DNA from: an uncultured Desulfobacteraceae bacterium | GTDB taxonomy: Bacteria > Desulfobacterota > DSM-4660 > Desulfatiglandales > B25-G16 | Length of the DNA: 30,584 bases | Direction: 5' to 3' | Assembly: GCA_964489745.1 (NCBI GenBank) | Contig: CAZBBQ010000002.1 | Span: forward strand, 1 to 30,584 | Shown: positions 9,025 through 17,125 of the stretch, piece after piece | Layout: every line of letters starts with the position of its first letter | Position numbering within the stretch: position 1 is the first letter of the stretch | The notes under the pieces: model-generated | What the model was told of the DNA's origin: nothing | The model's database searches: none | The model's input: the letters and a program-made list of their open reading frames with translations, nothing else | Made by a program: the position numbers and the translations under genes

Positions 9025-10275
9025 TTAGAACTTGGGTTTTGGATAGATGAATTTGGCTGTTGCTGCCTCAAGAGGCCACACAATAACCCTTTTGCCATTC
9101 TGCCACTGCATGTCTACCATGGAGTGACCTATCTGCATCCCTGTAGTATCATCAACATCCCATCCTCCATAAAAGGACATGAACTTTAATTTGCCAAGGG
9201 CTGCCCTTACTTTATCCTGGTCAATAGAATTAGCCATCTCCGCAGCTTTTACATAGGCCAAAACCTGGGCCCCTGCTTCTGCGGCATGATAGTCCGGTAT
9301 CATATCTTTGCCCAGTGCCTTTTTAAAAAGACTTACAAATTCATCTTGACTCGGGCCAATCCATTCGAGGCCGAGTTTTTTGGCTCCTTTTGGGGAAAAT
9401 GTTACGCCATATTCCCAGTGAGAGGGTCCCATTACCCCTTCTGCTATATGGCCGCCCAAGGCTTTATAGTAGGCAGGCAATGTTGCAGATGCAACCAGTG
9501 ATACGGCCTTGACGTTTATATCCAGGTCTGACATTTGTCTGGCAAACAGCTGACCATCCACGTAATGTCCACCACCAACCACTATCTCTGGTTTCCTTGA
9601 TTTCATATCTGATAGAAGGGGAGTTAGATCGGCTACACCTTTCGGGTATGTCCTCTTAAATACGACCTTGAATCCAAGTTCTTCGGCGTGCTTTTCAGCG
9701 CCACCCATGGTCATCCTGGCGAATTCTGAATCCTCATAAGCCAATGCCACGTTTTTAACGTTAGGATCAAAGTGTTTAATCATGTCAAGGGTTCCCATAT
9801 GATATTTGGATCCTGGTCCTATCGTTTGCACAATATACTGGAAGCCCTGCTTGAAAATTCGGTCGCTCGCTCCTCCGTGATCCATATAGACCATGTTATA
9901 TCTTTCAGCCACAGGAGCTCCAGAAAGAGTGAGCCCTGAACTATATGCGGAAAAAACAACGCTAACTTTATCAACCGTGATCAGCCGCTCAATAAGGCTT
10001 GTTACGCCCTCTTTTTTTGATTCACAGTCATAATATTTATAGTCAAGAGGAATCCTTTTCTTACCTACAAGCACACCAGCATATACATTATTTACCCAGT
10101 CGATACATGCCTTTATTCCCCCGATGGCCTGCTCCCCTGCCTTTGCATATTTTCCAGAAAGGCAGGCTGGGTGCCCAATTACCAACTTTTTTGGCGCTGC
10201 AAGGGCATTTGCTGAAATAAAAAACCCAACAATAGCTATAAAAATTATAGCAGTTTTAAAATAATTTCTTTTCAT
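9025..10275 (-). CDS. LivK-like periplasmic substrate-binding protein (type I PBP)
   Basis: Sec-type signal peptide (MKRNYFK..ANALAA), LSGKYA, YYDCES, YSSGLT, GGGHYVDG; AGGGGGAG RBS; heads the LIV-type operon. Ligand unknown. Confidence 0.9.
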   Translation of the reverse strand: MKRNYFKTAIIFIAIVGFFISANALAAPKKLVIGHPACLSGKYAKAGEQAIGGIKACIDWVNNVYAGVLVGKKRIPLDYKYYDCESKKEGVTSLIERLITVDKVSVVFSAYSSGLTLSGAPVAERYNMVYMDHGGASDRIFKQGFQYIVQTIGPGSKYHMGTLDMIKHFDPNVKNVALAYEDSEFARMTMGGAEKHAEELGFKVVFKRTYPKGVADLTPLLSDMKSRKPEIVVGGGHYVDGQLFARQMSDLDINVKAVSLVASATLPAYYKALGGHIAEGVMGPSHWEYGVTFSPKGAKKLGLEWIGPSQDEFVSLFKKALGKDMIPDYHAAEAGAQVLAYVKAAEMANSIDQDKVRAALGKLKFMSFYGGWDVDDTTGMQIGHSMVDMQWQNGKRVIVWPLEAATAKFIYPKPKF

Positions 10276-10337
10276 GCTACTCCCCCTTTTTAGTTTATGT
10301 TAAAGAAAATAATGTGTAGCACATAAAAAATATAAAA

Positions 10338-10370
10338 AAATCCTGTTATGTAATCTACATAACAGGATTT
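10338..10370 (-). terminator. Perfect 15-bp hairpin followed by a U-tract (intrinsic terminator-like)
   Basis: AAATCCTGTTATGTA-ATC-TACATAACAGGATTT; T-run follows on the minus strand. Confidence 0.75.
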
Positions 10371-10536
10371 CAAAAGTCCCCTCTGAAGTTGGTATTCAGA
10401 AAGACCAATAAATATTTAATTAAAGGGTGGATTGCTAATAGCATTATTCTGAACCAAAAAGGTTTGTAGAACAACACACCATTACTGCCATTACTTTTTT
10501 ATTGGCTATTTGTCAACAAATTTATCAAAAATCCTT

Positions 10537-11124
10537 TCAGAAAAAATTACTATACGTATTTGATCGTTCTGTGACTCTTTTAAGATAATCACTTGTTTCT
10601 TTCGGTGTCCGGTGCCTGAGTAATTGATAAAGTTTATCGCTTGACATAGAAGAGACATGATACCTTTGAATTATCTTTTGTCGGATAGCAGTCGGGCCCC
10701 AGTTATATCCGCATATTGTCAGGTAGAGACGTTTATCCCTTCCTTGAATATCGGCAAAATGTTTGTTGTAGAGGAGATAAAGATACGCGGAGCCAAGATT
10801 GATATTATTAACAGGCTGGTAAAGGTAGGGTGGTGTAATAATTCTATTCTGCTTATAGATAAACTGGTATGCCTCTCCCCAGAGGAGGTCTATCCTTCTT
10901 TTTAACTCTTGCAATTCACGTCTCTGCTGGTCTTCTATCTCATCCCATTGCTTTTCTATCCCCAGAACATTTTTTCGCCATGTTTCTTTAGCGGCCCTTT
11001 CTAATTTCTCCCATTCATTCAATTCTTCCCCATGTTTTTCACTATAGCCGATAGAGGAGAAAAGAAATGGATAGATAATTGCGAATATTACTAAGAAAAA
11101 AAAGCTCTTTCTGATTTTCACCAT
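10537..11124 (-). CDS. MltC-like lytic transglycosylase homolog with apparent in-frame internal deletion (SLT C-terminal half only)
   Basis: AAGGAG RBS before ATG 11124 (track start 11157 has no RBS); signal-like N-terminus, coiled coil, then EAYQFIY..YLYQPVNNINLGSAYL..YNWG..ETSDYLKRV; no ES/GLMQ catalytic motifs. Confidence 0.7.
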   Translation of the reverse strand: MVKIRKSFFFLVIFAIIYPFLFSSIGYSEKHGEELNEWEKLERAAKETWRKNVLGIEKQWDEIEDQQRRELQELKRRIDLLWGEAYQFIYKQNRIITPPYLYQPVNNINLGSAYLYLLYNKHFADIQGRDKRLYLTICGYNWGPTAIRQKIIQRYHVSSMSSDKLYQLLRHRTPKETSDYLKRVTERSNTYSNFF

Positions 11125-11150
11125 TGTCTCCTTGTTAAAAATTATGTTTA

Positions 11151-11168
11151 AATGCAATCCATTGCATT
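11151..11168. promoter_or_regulatory. Perfect palindrome AATGCAAT-CC-ATTGCATT between divergent genes (candidate operator)
   Basis: 8-bp arms, 2-nt spacer, in the 78-bp divergent gap 11125-11202. Confidence 0.4.
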
Positions 11169-11202
11169 AATGTGTTAGTAAAAAATCTTTCCAGAGGCGA
11201 TT

Positions 11203-12183
11203 ATGATGAAAAAAAACCTATTAAAAAGCAGCCTTGTAAATATAGTCATTTCAGATATTGATTTAACACCAGGTCCATTCTGCATGAGCTTTCATTTTAA
11301 CCTGGAACCACTTAAGGCGTCTATTGAAAAATATGGTGTTATAAATCCGCCATACCTGCTTAGAAATCCCGATAACAATTTTTTAGTAGTTGCCGGTTAT
11401 GCAAGGCTCATGGCTGTAATAGAATTGGGGTGGCATGATATAGCATGCCACGTGTTGCCTGATAGTTTCTCATTGTTTAATGCGCTTTTATTTAATTTAA
11501 ATGATAATCTCATTCATCGTCAATTTAATAGTATTGAAAAAGGGATGATTTTACAAAGACTCACCCGTTTCATTAGCACAGAAGAAATAGTAACCAATTT
11601 CATGCCTATTCTTGGTATTCCTTCAAACAAACAACAATTAGAATTATTTTTGGGTTTAGACGAGTTAGAAGAGAGAATAAAGATTTCTATTGCTATTGAA
11701 CAATTGTCCATACGGGTGGCTGGGTTATTGAGGCATATTGATAAAAACGATCGGCTCAAAATTAATAATCTATTTACCTCTTTAAAATGGAGCTTTAATC
11801 AGCAATGGGAAACTATTCAATGGATTAAAGAAATTGCCAGCAGGGAAGGGTGCTCAATTAACAAGATTATCAATTCAAAAGATATTAATGAGGTTTTACA
11901 TAATACGACGATGAATAAACCACAGAAGGTAAAAGCCATAGTTAGGATACTGAAATTCAGAAGATTTCCATCCCTTTCTAAGGCTGAAAAATTATTTATC
12001 AAGGGTGTTTCCAATCTTTCTCTTCCCTTAGGAGTTAAAATAATTCCCCCACCTTTTTTTGAAGGGACTGATTACAAACTCGAAGTAACGTTTAGAAAAG
12101 GTGAAGATCTTAAAGAAAAATTAGCTAATTTATGTAACGTACCTGAATTAAAACACATACCCGATTTTTGGAAGGGCATATAA
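11203..12183 (+). CDS. ParB/Srx N-terminal-domain protein
   Basis: LKASIEKYGVINP (box I-like), VVAGYARLMA (GxxR box II-like), NDNLIHRQFNSIEK (box III-like), helical middle and C-terminal extension. Confidence 0.8.
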   Translation: MMKKNLLKSSLVNIVISDIDLTPGPFCMSFHFNLEPLKASIEKYGVINPPYLLRNPDNNFLVVAGYARLMAVIELGWHDIACHVLPDSFSLFNALLFNLNDNLIHRQFNSIEKGMILQRLTRFISTEEIVTNFMPILGIPSNKQQLELFLGLDELEERIKISIAIEQLSIRVAGLLRHIDKNDRLKINNLFTSLKWSFNQQWETIQWIKEIASREGCSINKIINSKDINEVLHNTTMNKPQKVKAIVRILKFRRFPSLSKAEKLFIKGVSNLSLPLGVKIIPPPFFEGTDYKLEVTFRKGEDLKEKLANLCNVPELKHIPDFWKGI

Positions 12184-12210
12184 CATTTCGGATTGTAAAA
12201 AAGCATTTAT

Positions 12211-13314
12211 ATGGGGCCTATGAAGCGATTTAAAGTAAGGCGAATCTTGATTGAAAGAGAGGCTGAAAACGACTCTCTTTCAAAGAAGATAATTGAAAAA
12301 TTGCCAAATATACCAAGAGAACGTGTAGGATCAAATGAATTAGCCTTGTGGGAAGATATTGAAGAGATGGATAAAGACTCACTGAGGCTTATCCACTATA
12401 AAGGTGAATTTCTTAAACCCTGCCCAGGTACAAGGAGATATATCTGCTGTGGGTATCAGATCCTCAATGTAGGGATCAACTGCCCGATGGACTGTAGTTA
12501 CTGTTTTCTTCAATCCTACGTCAACCAACCATCATTAAGGCTTTTTACTAACTTAGAAGATAAACTTAATGTGATCGGTGAGTTTATCGATAACCATCCA
12601 GAAAGGATATTTAGAATTGGAACCGGAGAGTTCACCGATAGTCTTGCCCTAAATTATATTACCGGATGGACTCATTTTTTACTTCCTTTCTTTTCATCCA
12701 GAAAGAACTGTATACTGGAGCTCAAGACAAAAACCTCTTTTACCAAAGACATTATTAACAGTAGGTACAAAAAAAGAATAGTTATCGCATGGTCTTTAAA
12801 CACCTCTCGAATAATAGCCAATGAAGAGGAAAAAACAGCAAGTCTAAAAGAGAGAATCATTTCCGCACGGGAATGTCAAAAAGCAGGGTTTGTGGTAGCG
12901 TTTCATTTTGATCCCTTACTATATTATTCAGGATGGGAAAATGAATATGAAGAGATTATACAGCTTTTGGAGAGATATATTGATCCAACCTCTATTATTT
13001 GGATAAGCATTGGCTCTTTTAGATATATGCCAGATCTCAAGTGGCATATTTTGAAAAGATTCCCAGATACACATATCTTTGATGGTGAATTTATTACCGG
13101 TTTAGACGGTAAGCAGAGATATTTCAAGCCCATCAGGGTAGAAATGTATGCTAAGTTATCAGAAAGATTGAAAAAATGGTATGATAATTTGGGGATTTAT
13201 TTTTGTATGGAAAGTGATGATGTTTGGGAACAATCGCTGGGATGGTCACCAAAAAATTCTTCAAATCTTTCGAAATACCTCGACAACCGAGTAAGAATGG
13301 TAATGCCTGCTTGA
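12211..13314 (+). CDS. Spore photoproduct lyase (SplB)-like radical SAM protein
   Basis: NCPMDCSYCFLQ, LELKTK, WSLN, TASLKERI, HFDP and GWENEY match the SplB architecture. Start may be the second ATG at 12220 (GGGG upstream). Confidence 0.88.
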   Translation: MGPMKRFKVRRILIEREAENDSLSKKIIEKLPNIPRERVGSNELALWEDIEEMDKDSLRLIHYKGEFLKPCPGTRRYICCGYQILNVGINCPMDCSYCFLQSYVNQPSLRLFTNLEDKLNVIGEFIDNHPERIFRIGTGEFTDSLALNYITGWTHFLLPFFSSRKNCILELKTKTSFTKDIINSRYKKRIVIAWSLNTSRIIANEEEKTASLKERIISARECQKAGFVVAFHFDPLLYYSGWENEYEEIIQLLERYIDPTSIIWISIGSFRYMPDLKWHILKRFPDTHIFDGEFITGLDGKQRYFKPIRVEMYAKLSERLKKWYDNLGIYFCMESDDVWEQSLGWSPKNSSNLSKYLDNRVRMVMPA

Positions 13315-13443
13315 AAAATGACGAAAGTAAAGGGAAAGTGATCCTTGTTATCTATTTTTTAATGTGTTAGAAAAAAACGATTTAATCTAAAAGGTTGCGC
13401 ATTCCTTTTAATAAACTATTATGTATTACTTAATTAAATACGG

Positions 13444-13473
13444 TATGTTACGAGAAAATGATAATGTAACATA
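13444..13473. promoter_or_regulatory. Inverted repeat TATGTTAC-N14-GTAACATA upstream of hbd (candidate operator)
   Basis: Perfect 8-bp arms 37 nt upstream of the ATG; overlaps a TG-A-TAATGT extended -10-like element. Confidence 0.4.
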
Positions 13474-13510
13474 TTAACAATTAACTCAAAGTTATTCCAA
13501 AGGAGGAGTT

Positions 13511-14362
13511 ATGGAAATAAAAAAAATTGGTGTTGTTGGTGCAGGAACAATGGGCAATGGTATCGCTCAGACAGCAGCCCAGATCGGCTGTGATGTTGTC
13601 ATGAGAGACATAGAAATGAGATTTGTGGAAGGGGGAATGAAAAGCATCGAGAGGTTTCTTTTAAAAAGTGTTGAAAAAGGGAAAATGGATACCAAACAAA
13701 AAGACACCATTTTTGGCCGAATAAAAGGCACAACTGACATGGTTGACCTTCAAGATGTTGATTTTGTCGTAGAAGCCGTTATAGAAGATTTAGATCTAAA
13801 AAAGAGTGTTTTTAGTCAGTTAGATGAATTATGTAAACCCGATGTTATTTTGGCTACCAATACATCATCTATGTCAATTACAGAAATAGCAGCAAGTACG
13901 AAACGGCCTGATAAAGTTTGTGGAATGCATTTTTTTAATCCTGTGCCATTAATGCGTCTTGTGGAAATAATCAGAGGCTATTCAACAAGTGACGAAACGA
14001 TAAAAGCGACAACAGAATTAGCTCAGAAAATGGGTAAAACAACTGTAGAAGTAAAAAAGGACTCACCAGGTTTTATCGTTAATAGAATAATGATTCCCCA
14101 TATGATAGAGGCCATAAAGATTGTTGAGGAAGGCATTGCATCCATTGAGGACGTTGATAAGGCAGTGAAAAATGGTCTTAATTATCCTATGGGTCCATTT
14201 GAATTAATGGATCTGACAGGAATTGATATCGCATACTTTGTAACGCAATATTTCTTTAATGAGTTGAACAAAGAAAACAAATGGGTCGCACCAAATTTAT
14301 TAAAAACAATGGTGAGAGCCGGTAAATTAGGTAAAAAAACTAAGAGTGGATGGTATGAATAA
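13511..14362 (+). CDS. hbd: 3-hydroxybutyryl-CoA dehydrogenase
   Basis: GVVGAGTMGNGIA Rossmann motif, VEAVIE, ATNTSS, GMHFFNPVP, GFIVNR, PMGPFELMDLTGID, GKKTKSGWY; AGGAGGAG RBS. Confidence 0.95.
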   Translation: MEIKKIGVVGAGTMGNGIAQTAAQIGCDVVMRDIEMRFVEGGMKSIERFLLKSVEKGKMDTKQKDTIFGRIKGTTDMVDLQDVDFVVEAVIEDLDLKKSVFSQLDELCKPDVILATNTSSMSITEIAASTKRPDKVCGMHFFNPVPLMRLVEIIRGYSTSDETIKATTELAQKMGKTTVEVKKDSPGFIVNRIMIPHMIEAIKIVEEGIASIEDVDKAVKNGLNYPMGPFELMDLTGIDIAYFVTQYFFNELNKENKWVAPNLLKTMVRAGKLGKKTKSGWYE

Positions 14363-14385
14363 AGACTTATAAAATATGCGCACAA

Positions 14386-14425
14386 AAAGGGAGACTTTGT
14401 TTTAAATCAAGTCTCCCTTTATTTT
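14386..14425 (+). terminator. Intrinsic terminator after hbd (possibly bidirectional)
   Basis: AAAGGGAGACTT (14386-14397) pairs with AAGTCTCCCTTT (14409-14420), followed by ATTTTATT; A-run on the 5' side. Confidence 0.8.
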
Positions 14426-14660
14426 ATTCAAAAAAATGAAAGACTAACGCTTATTTTTATGACGCATAGATTTCAATAACTTCCGGTATTTATGTTTCCT
14501 TATCTTTTTTCTTCTTTTTTTAACTACACTGCTCATAAAAATGAAAACCTCCAAAAATTTAAAATGTTTATAATAATGGTAAATAGGGATGTAACAATTT
14601 ACTCTATACAAGTAAGTTTACATAATATATATTATCAGACACACTATTTATATAAAAACA

Positions 14661-15509
14661 TTACGCATTGTTCTTTGATTCATAAAGATATTTGTCTGCT
14701 AACGAAATAAAATCACTTACAGTCATTTTATCTGAATATGTTGCAAAACCCACACTTGCGGTAACACCATCTCCCTCTTCAAATCCTTTTATAAGTCTTT
14801 CACTTGTATTGAGAACAATTTCTTTATTTGCCTCAACGAGGATAATTGCAAACTCATCACCACCATACCGAAAAGCCGTGTCTACGTTTTCCCTGATGTT
14901 TGAAAGAATTATATTACCGGATTTAGCAAGCATTTTATCACCTGCAAGATGACCATATGTATCGTTATACTCTTTGAATTTATCAAGATCCAAAAGGATC
15001 AGAGATAAGGGATGGTTCTGGCGGTTTGCCCTGTTCACCTCATCTTTTAGTTTATTATGAAAATGTCTTTGATTAAAAAGCCCGGTGAGGTTATCAGTTA
15101 TTGATAATTTGGCTAATTCATCTCTAATCCTTTTTTCTATCAATATCCTGCTTATCTTTGCCTCTATTTCATCAAGTTTAAAGGGCTTGGTGATAAAATC
15201 ATTTGCGCCAGCATTAATAACATCCATATACGCATAGTCTTTATCGTAACCAGTCATAGCAATTATACTGATATCAATTTTTTCTTCCCTCACCGTCTTT
15301 ATTAATTCAATTCCATTAAATTCTGGCATATTGACATCAGTAATTAAAAAGGTATATTTTCCATTTTTTATTCTCTGCAATGCACTTTTTCCACTATTTT
15401 CTGAATCAACATTAAACCCTAAACTTGACAGTAATTCTGCTACAACATTCCTTACATCTATCTCATCATCAACAACCAGAAGGTTTTCTTTATGATATTC
15501 CTGTTCCAT
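14661..15509 (-). CDS. Response regulator-diguanylate cyclase (REC-GGDEF)
   Basis: LVVDDE, ITDVNMP (phospho-Asp), TKPF; TDNLTGLFN, DLDKFKEYNDTYGHLAGD, RYGGDEF. Confidence 0.93.
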   Translation of the reverse strand: MEQEYHKENLLVVDDEIDVRNVVAELLSSLGFNVDSENSGKSALQRIKNGKYTFLITDVNMPEFNGIELIKTVREEKIDISIIAMTGYDKDYAYMDVINAGANDFITKPFKLDEIEAKISRILIEKRIRDELAKLSITDNLTGLFNQRHFHNKLKDEVNRANRQNHPLSLILLDLDKFKEYNDTYGHLAGDKMLAKSGNIILSNIRENVDTAFRYGGDEFAIILVEANKEIVLNTSERLIKGFEEGDGVTASVGFATYSDKMTVSDFISLADKYLYESKNNA

Positions 15510-15520
15510 AATTACATACT

Positions 15521-16861
15521 CTAATATACCTTCTGATTATATTTGTCAACTAACTCTCCAAGTAATGAATTTTGGAATCCTTTAATAATCTTTACCCTCA
15601 CCAATTGCCCTTTAAAATCTTTTTTAGCAAAAAAATTGACAACCTTATTTCCTGACGTTCTTCCTGTGAGCTGACTGTTCCCTTTTTTTCCAGGGCCTTC
15701 TACTAAAATTTCTTGAATTGTTCCCTCCATTAGTGTGTTTTTTGATAAGGTTATTTTTCTTTGCTTTTCCTGTAATATAGACAGGCGTCTTTGCTTTTCT
15801 TTTTCATCTAATTTTCCCGGAAACTGTAATGCCTTGGTTTTGGGCCTTTCAGAATATTTAAAGGAGAAAAGATTATCAAACGCTATTGTATCTATTAATT
15901 GCAGGCTCTCTTCAAAATCCTTTTCAGTTTCACCTGGGAATCCCACAATTAAATCGCTTGTAATTGTTATATCAGGTCTTACGTTTCTTATGCGCTCTAT
16001 TAAAGATATATATTTATCTCGTGTGTATCGTCTATTCATAAGCTTAAGTATAGTATCTGAGCCTGATTGAACTGGTAGGTGAATATGAGCACAAAGGCTC
16101 TTTAATTCTCCAAAAGAACCTATGAGTTCATCGGATAGATCTTTCGGATGAGATGTTATGAAGCGAAGTCTTTTCAAACCCGCTATACCATCCAACTCCT
16201 TTAGTAAACCAGGAAATGTTGGCAAGGCCTTGTTTTTGTTATTGTAGGAGTTTACATTTTGTCCTATAAGGGTGATTTCCTGTATCCCTTGACTGATCAA
16301 ATATTTAGACGTATTAATAATGTCTTCTGCTGGAAGGCTTGTCTCCCTTCCCCTCACAAAAGGAACAATACAATAAGAACAAAAATTATCACATCCCTCC
16401 ATGATTTTTAAAAAAGTTGTAACCCTTCCTTTTACGTAGCCGTTACATGCGGGTAATGCGGACAGTTCGCCGGTTAAATCAAGGCAGGAGGTCTTCCCTC
16501 TTCCTTCCTTGATTTGAGCAAGAAAATCATTGATGCGGTAAATATTTCTTGGGCCCAAAACCAAGTCAACATATGGGAAATCTTGTAGGAGATTTGTTCC
16601 TTTTTCTTGTGCGACACATCCGATGATGCCAGAAATAATATCTGGCTTCTTCCTTTTTAAAGAAGCCAGGCGACCAATAAGGGTTAATGCCTTTTGTTCA
16701 GCCTTTTGTCTGACCGTACAGGTGTTTACCAAGATAATATGAGCATCATTGATGCTATCTGTTTTTTTATAACCCTTATTTACAAGGATTTGGCTGATAG
16801 TATCAGAATCATGCACATTCATCTGACACCCAAAGGTTTTTATATAGAATAATTGATCCAC
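15521..16861 (-). CDS. miaB: tRNA-2-methylthio-N6-dimethylallyladenosine synthase MiaB
   Basis: TFGCQMNVHDS, NTCTVR, GCVAQ, GCDNFCSYCIVP, HLPVQSGS, DLIVGFPGET, C-terminal TRAM domain; GTG start. Confidence 0.97.
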   Translation of the reverse strand: MDQLFYIKTFGCQMNVHDSDTISQILVNKGYKKTDSINDAHIILVNTCTVRQKAEQKALTLIGRLASLKRKKPDIISGIIGCVAQEKGTNLLQDFPYVDLVLGPRNIYRINDFLAQIKEGRGKTSCLDLTGELSALPACNGYVKGRVTTFLKIMEGCDNFCSYCIVPFVRGRETSLPAEDIINTSKYLISQGIQEITLIGQNVNSYNNKNKALPTFPGLLKELDGIAGLKRLRFITSHPKDLSDELIGSFGELKSLCAHIHLPVQSGSDTILKLMNRRYTRDKYISLIERIRNVRPDITITSDLIVGFPGETEKDFEESLQLIDTIAFDNLFSFKYSERPKTKALQFPGKLDEKEKQRRLSILQEKQRKITLSKNTLMEGTIQEILVEGPGKKGNSQLTGRTSGNKVVNFFAKKDFKGQLVRVKIIKGFQNSLLGELVDKYNQKVY

Positions 16862-16897
16862 ATGGCACCTTCCTACGGTCGAGAAAATTTTATCGTA

Positions 16898-17125
16898 TCA
16901 ATACAATTTTTCTTGATTAACATGGATACTTCCCTCTTCTTGTAAAGATTTAATAAGTGAAACTATATCATCCTTACACCCGGGCATTATAGAGATTTCA
17001 ATCTCACCATTTACTGGGTTAATAGTTCTCATAGATGCCATGCCATCGTAGGATTCTATTATCCATTGCAAATAACATATTTCCTTTCTATCTATAGACA
17101 AAAGATATTTACCGGTTTGTCTCAT
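16898..17125 (-). CDS. Small DUF4911-like protein
   Basis: ICYLQWIIESYDGMASMRT..G.I.I..MPG pattern; overlaps the nadK stop; sits directly before miaB. Confidence 0.7.
   Translation of the reverse strand: MRQTGKYLLSIDRKEICYLQWIIESYDGMASMRTINPVNGEIEISIMPGCKDDIVSLIKSLQEEGSIHVNQEKLY

Noticed and set aside
10415-10440. T-box-like AATTAAAGGGTGG sequence
   Set aside because: It is on the plus strand, opposite to the transporter, and lacks the rest of the T-box consensus and stem I.
10430-10495. Fluoride-riboswitch-like pieces (ATGGCA..AAACC..ATAATGCTAT) on the minus strand
   Set aside because: The P1 helix cannot form and the downstream genes are not fluoride-related.
14430-14660. ORF 14492..14710 and an AT-only palindrome (ATAATATATATTAT)
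   Set aside because: Very AT-rich spacer between converging genes; the ORF overlaps the DGC antisense and has no motif; AT palindromes are expected by chance.
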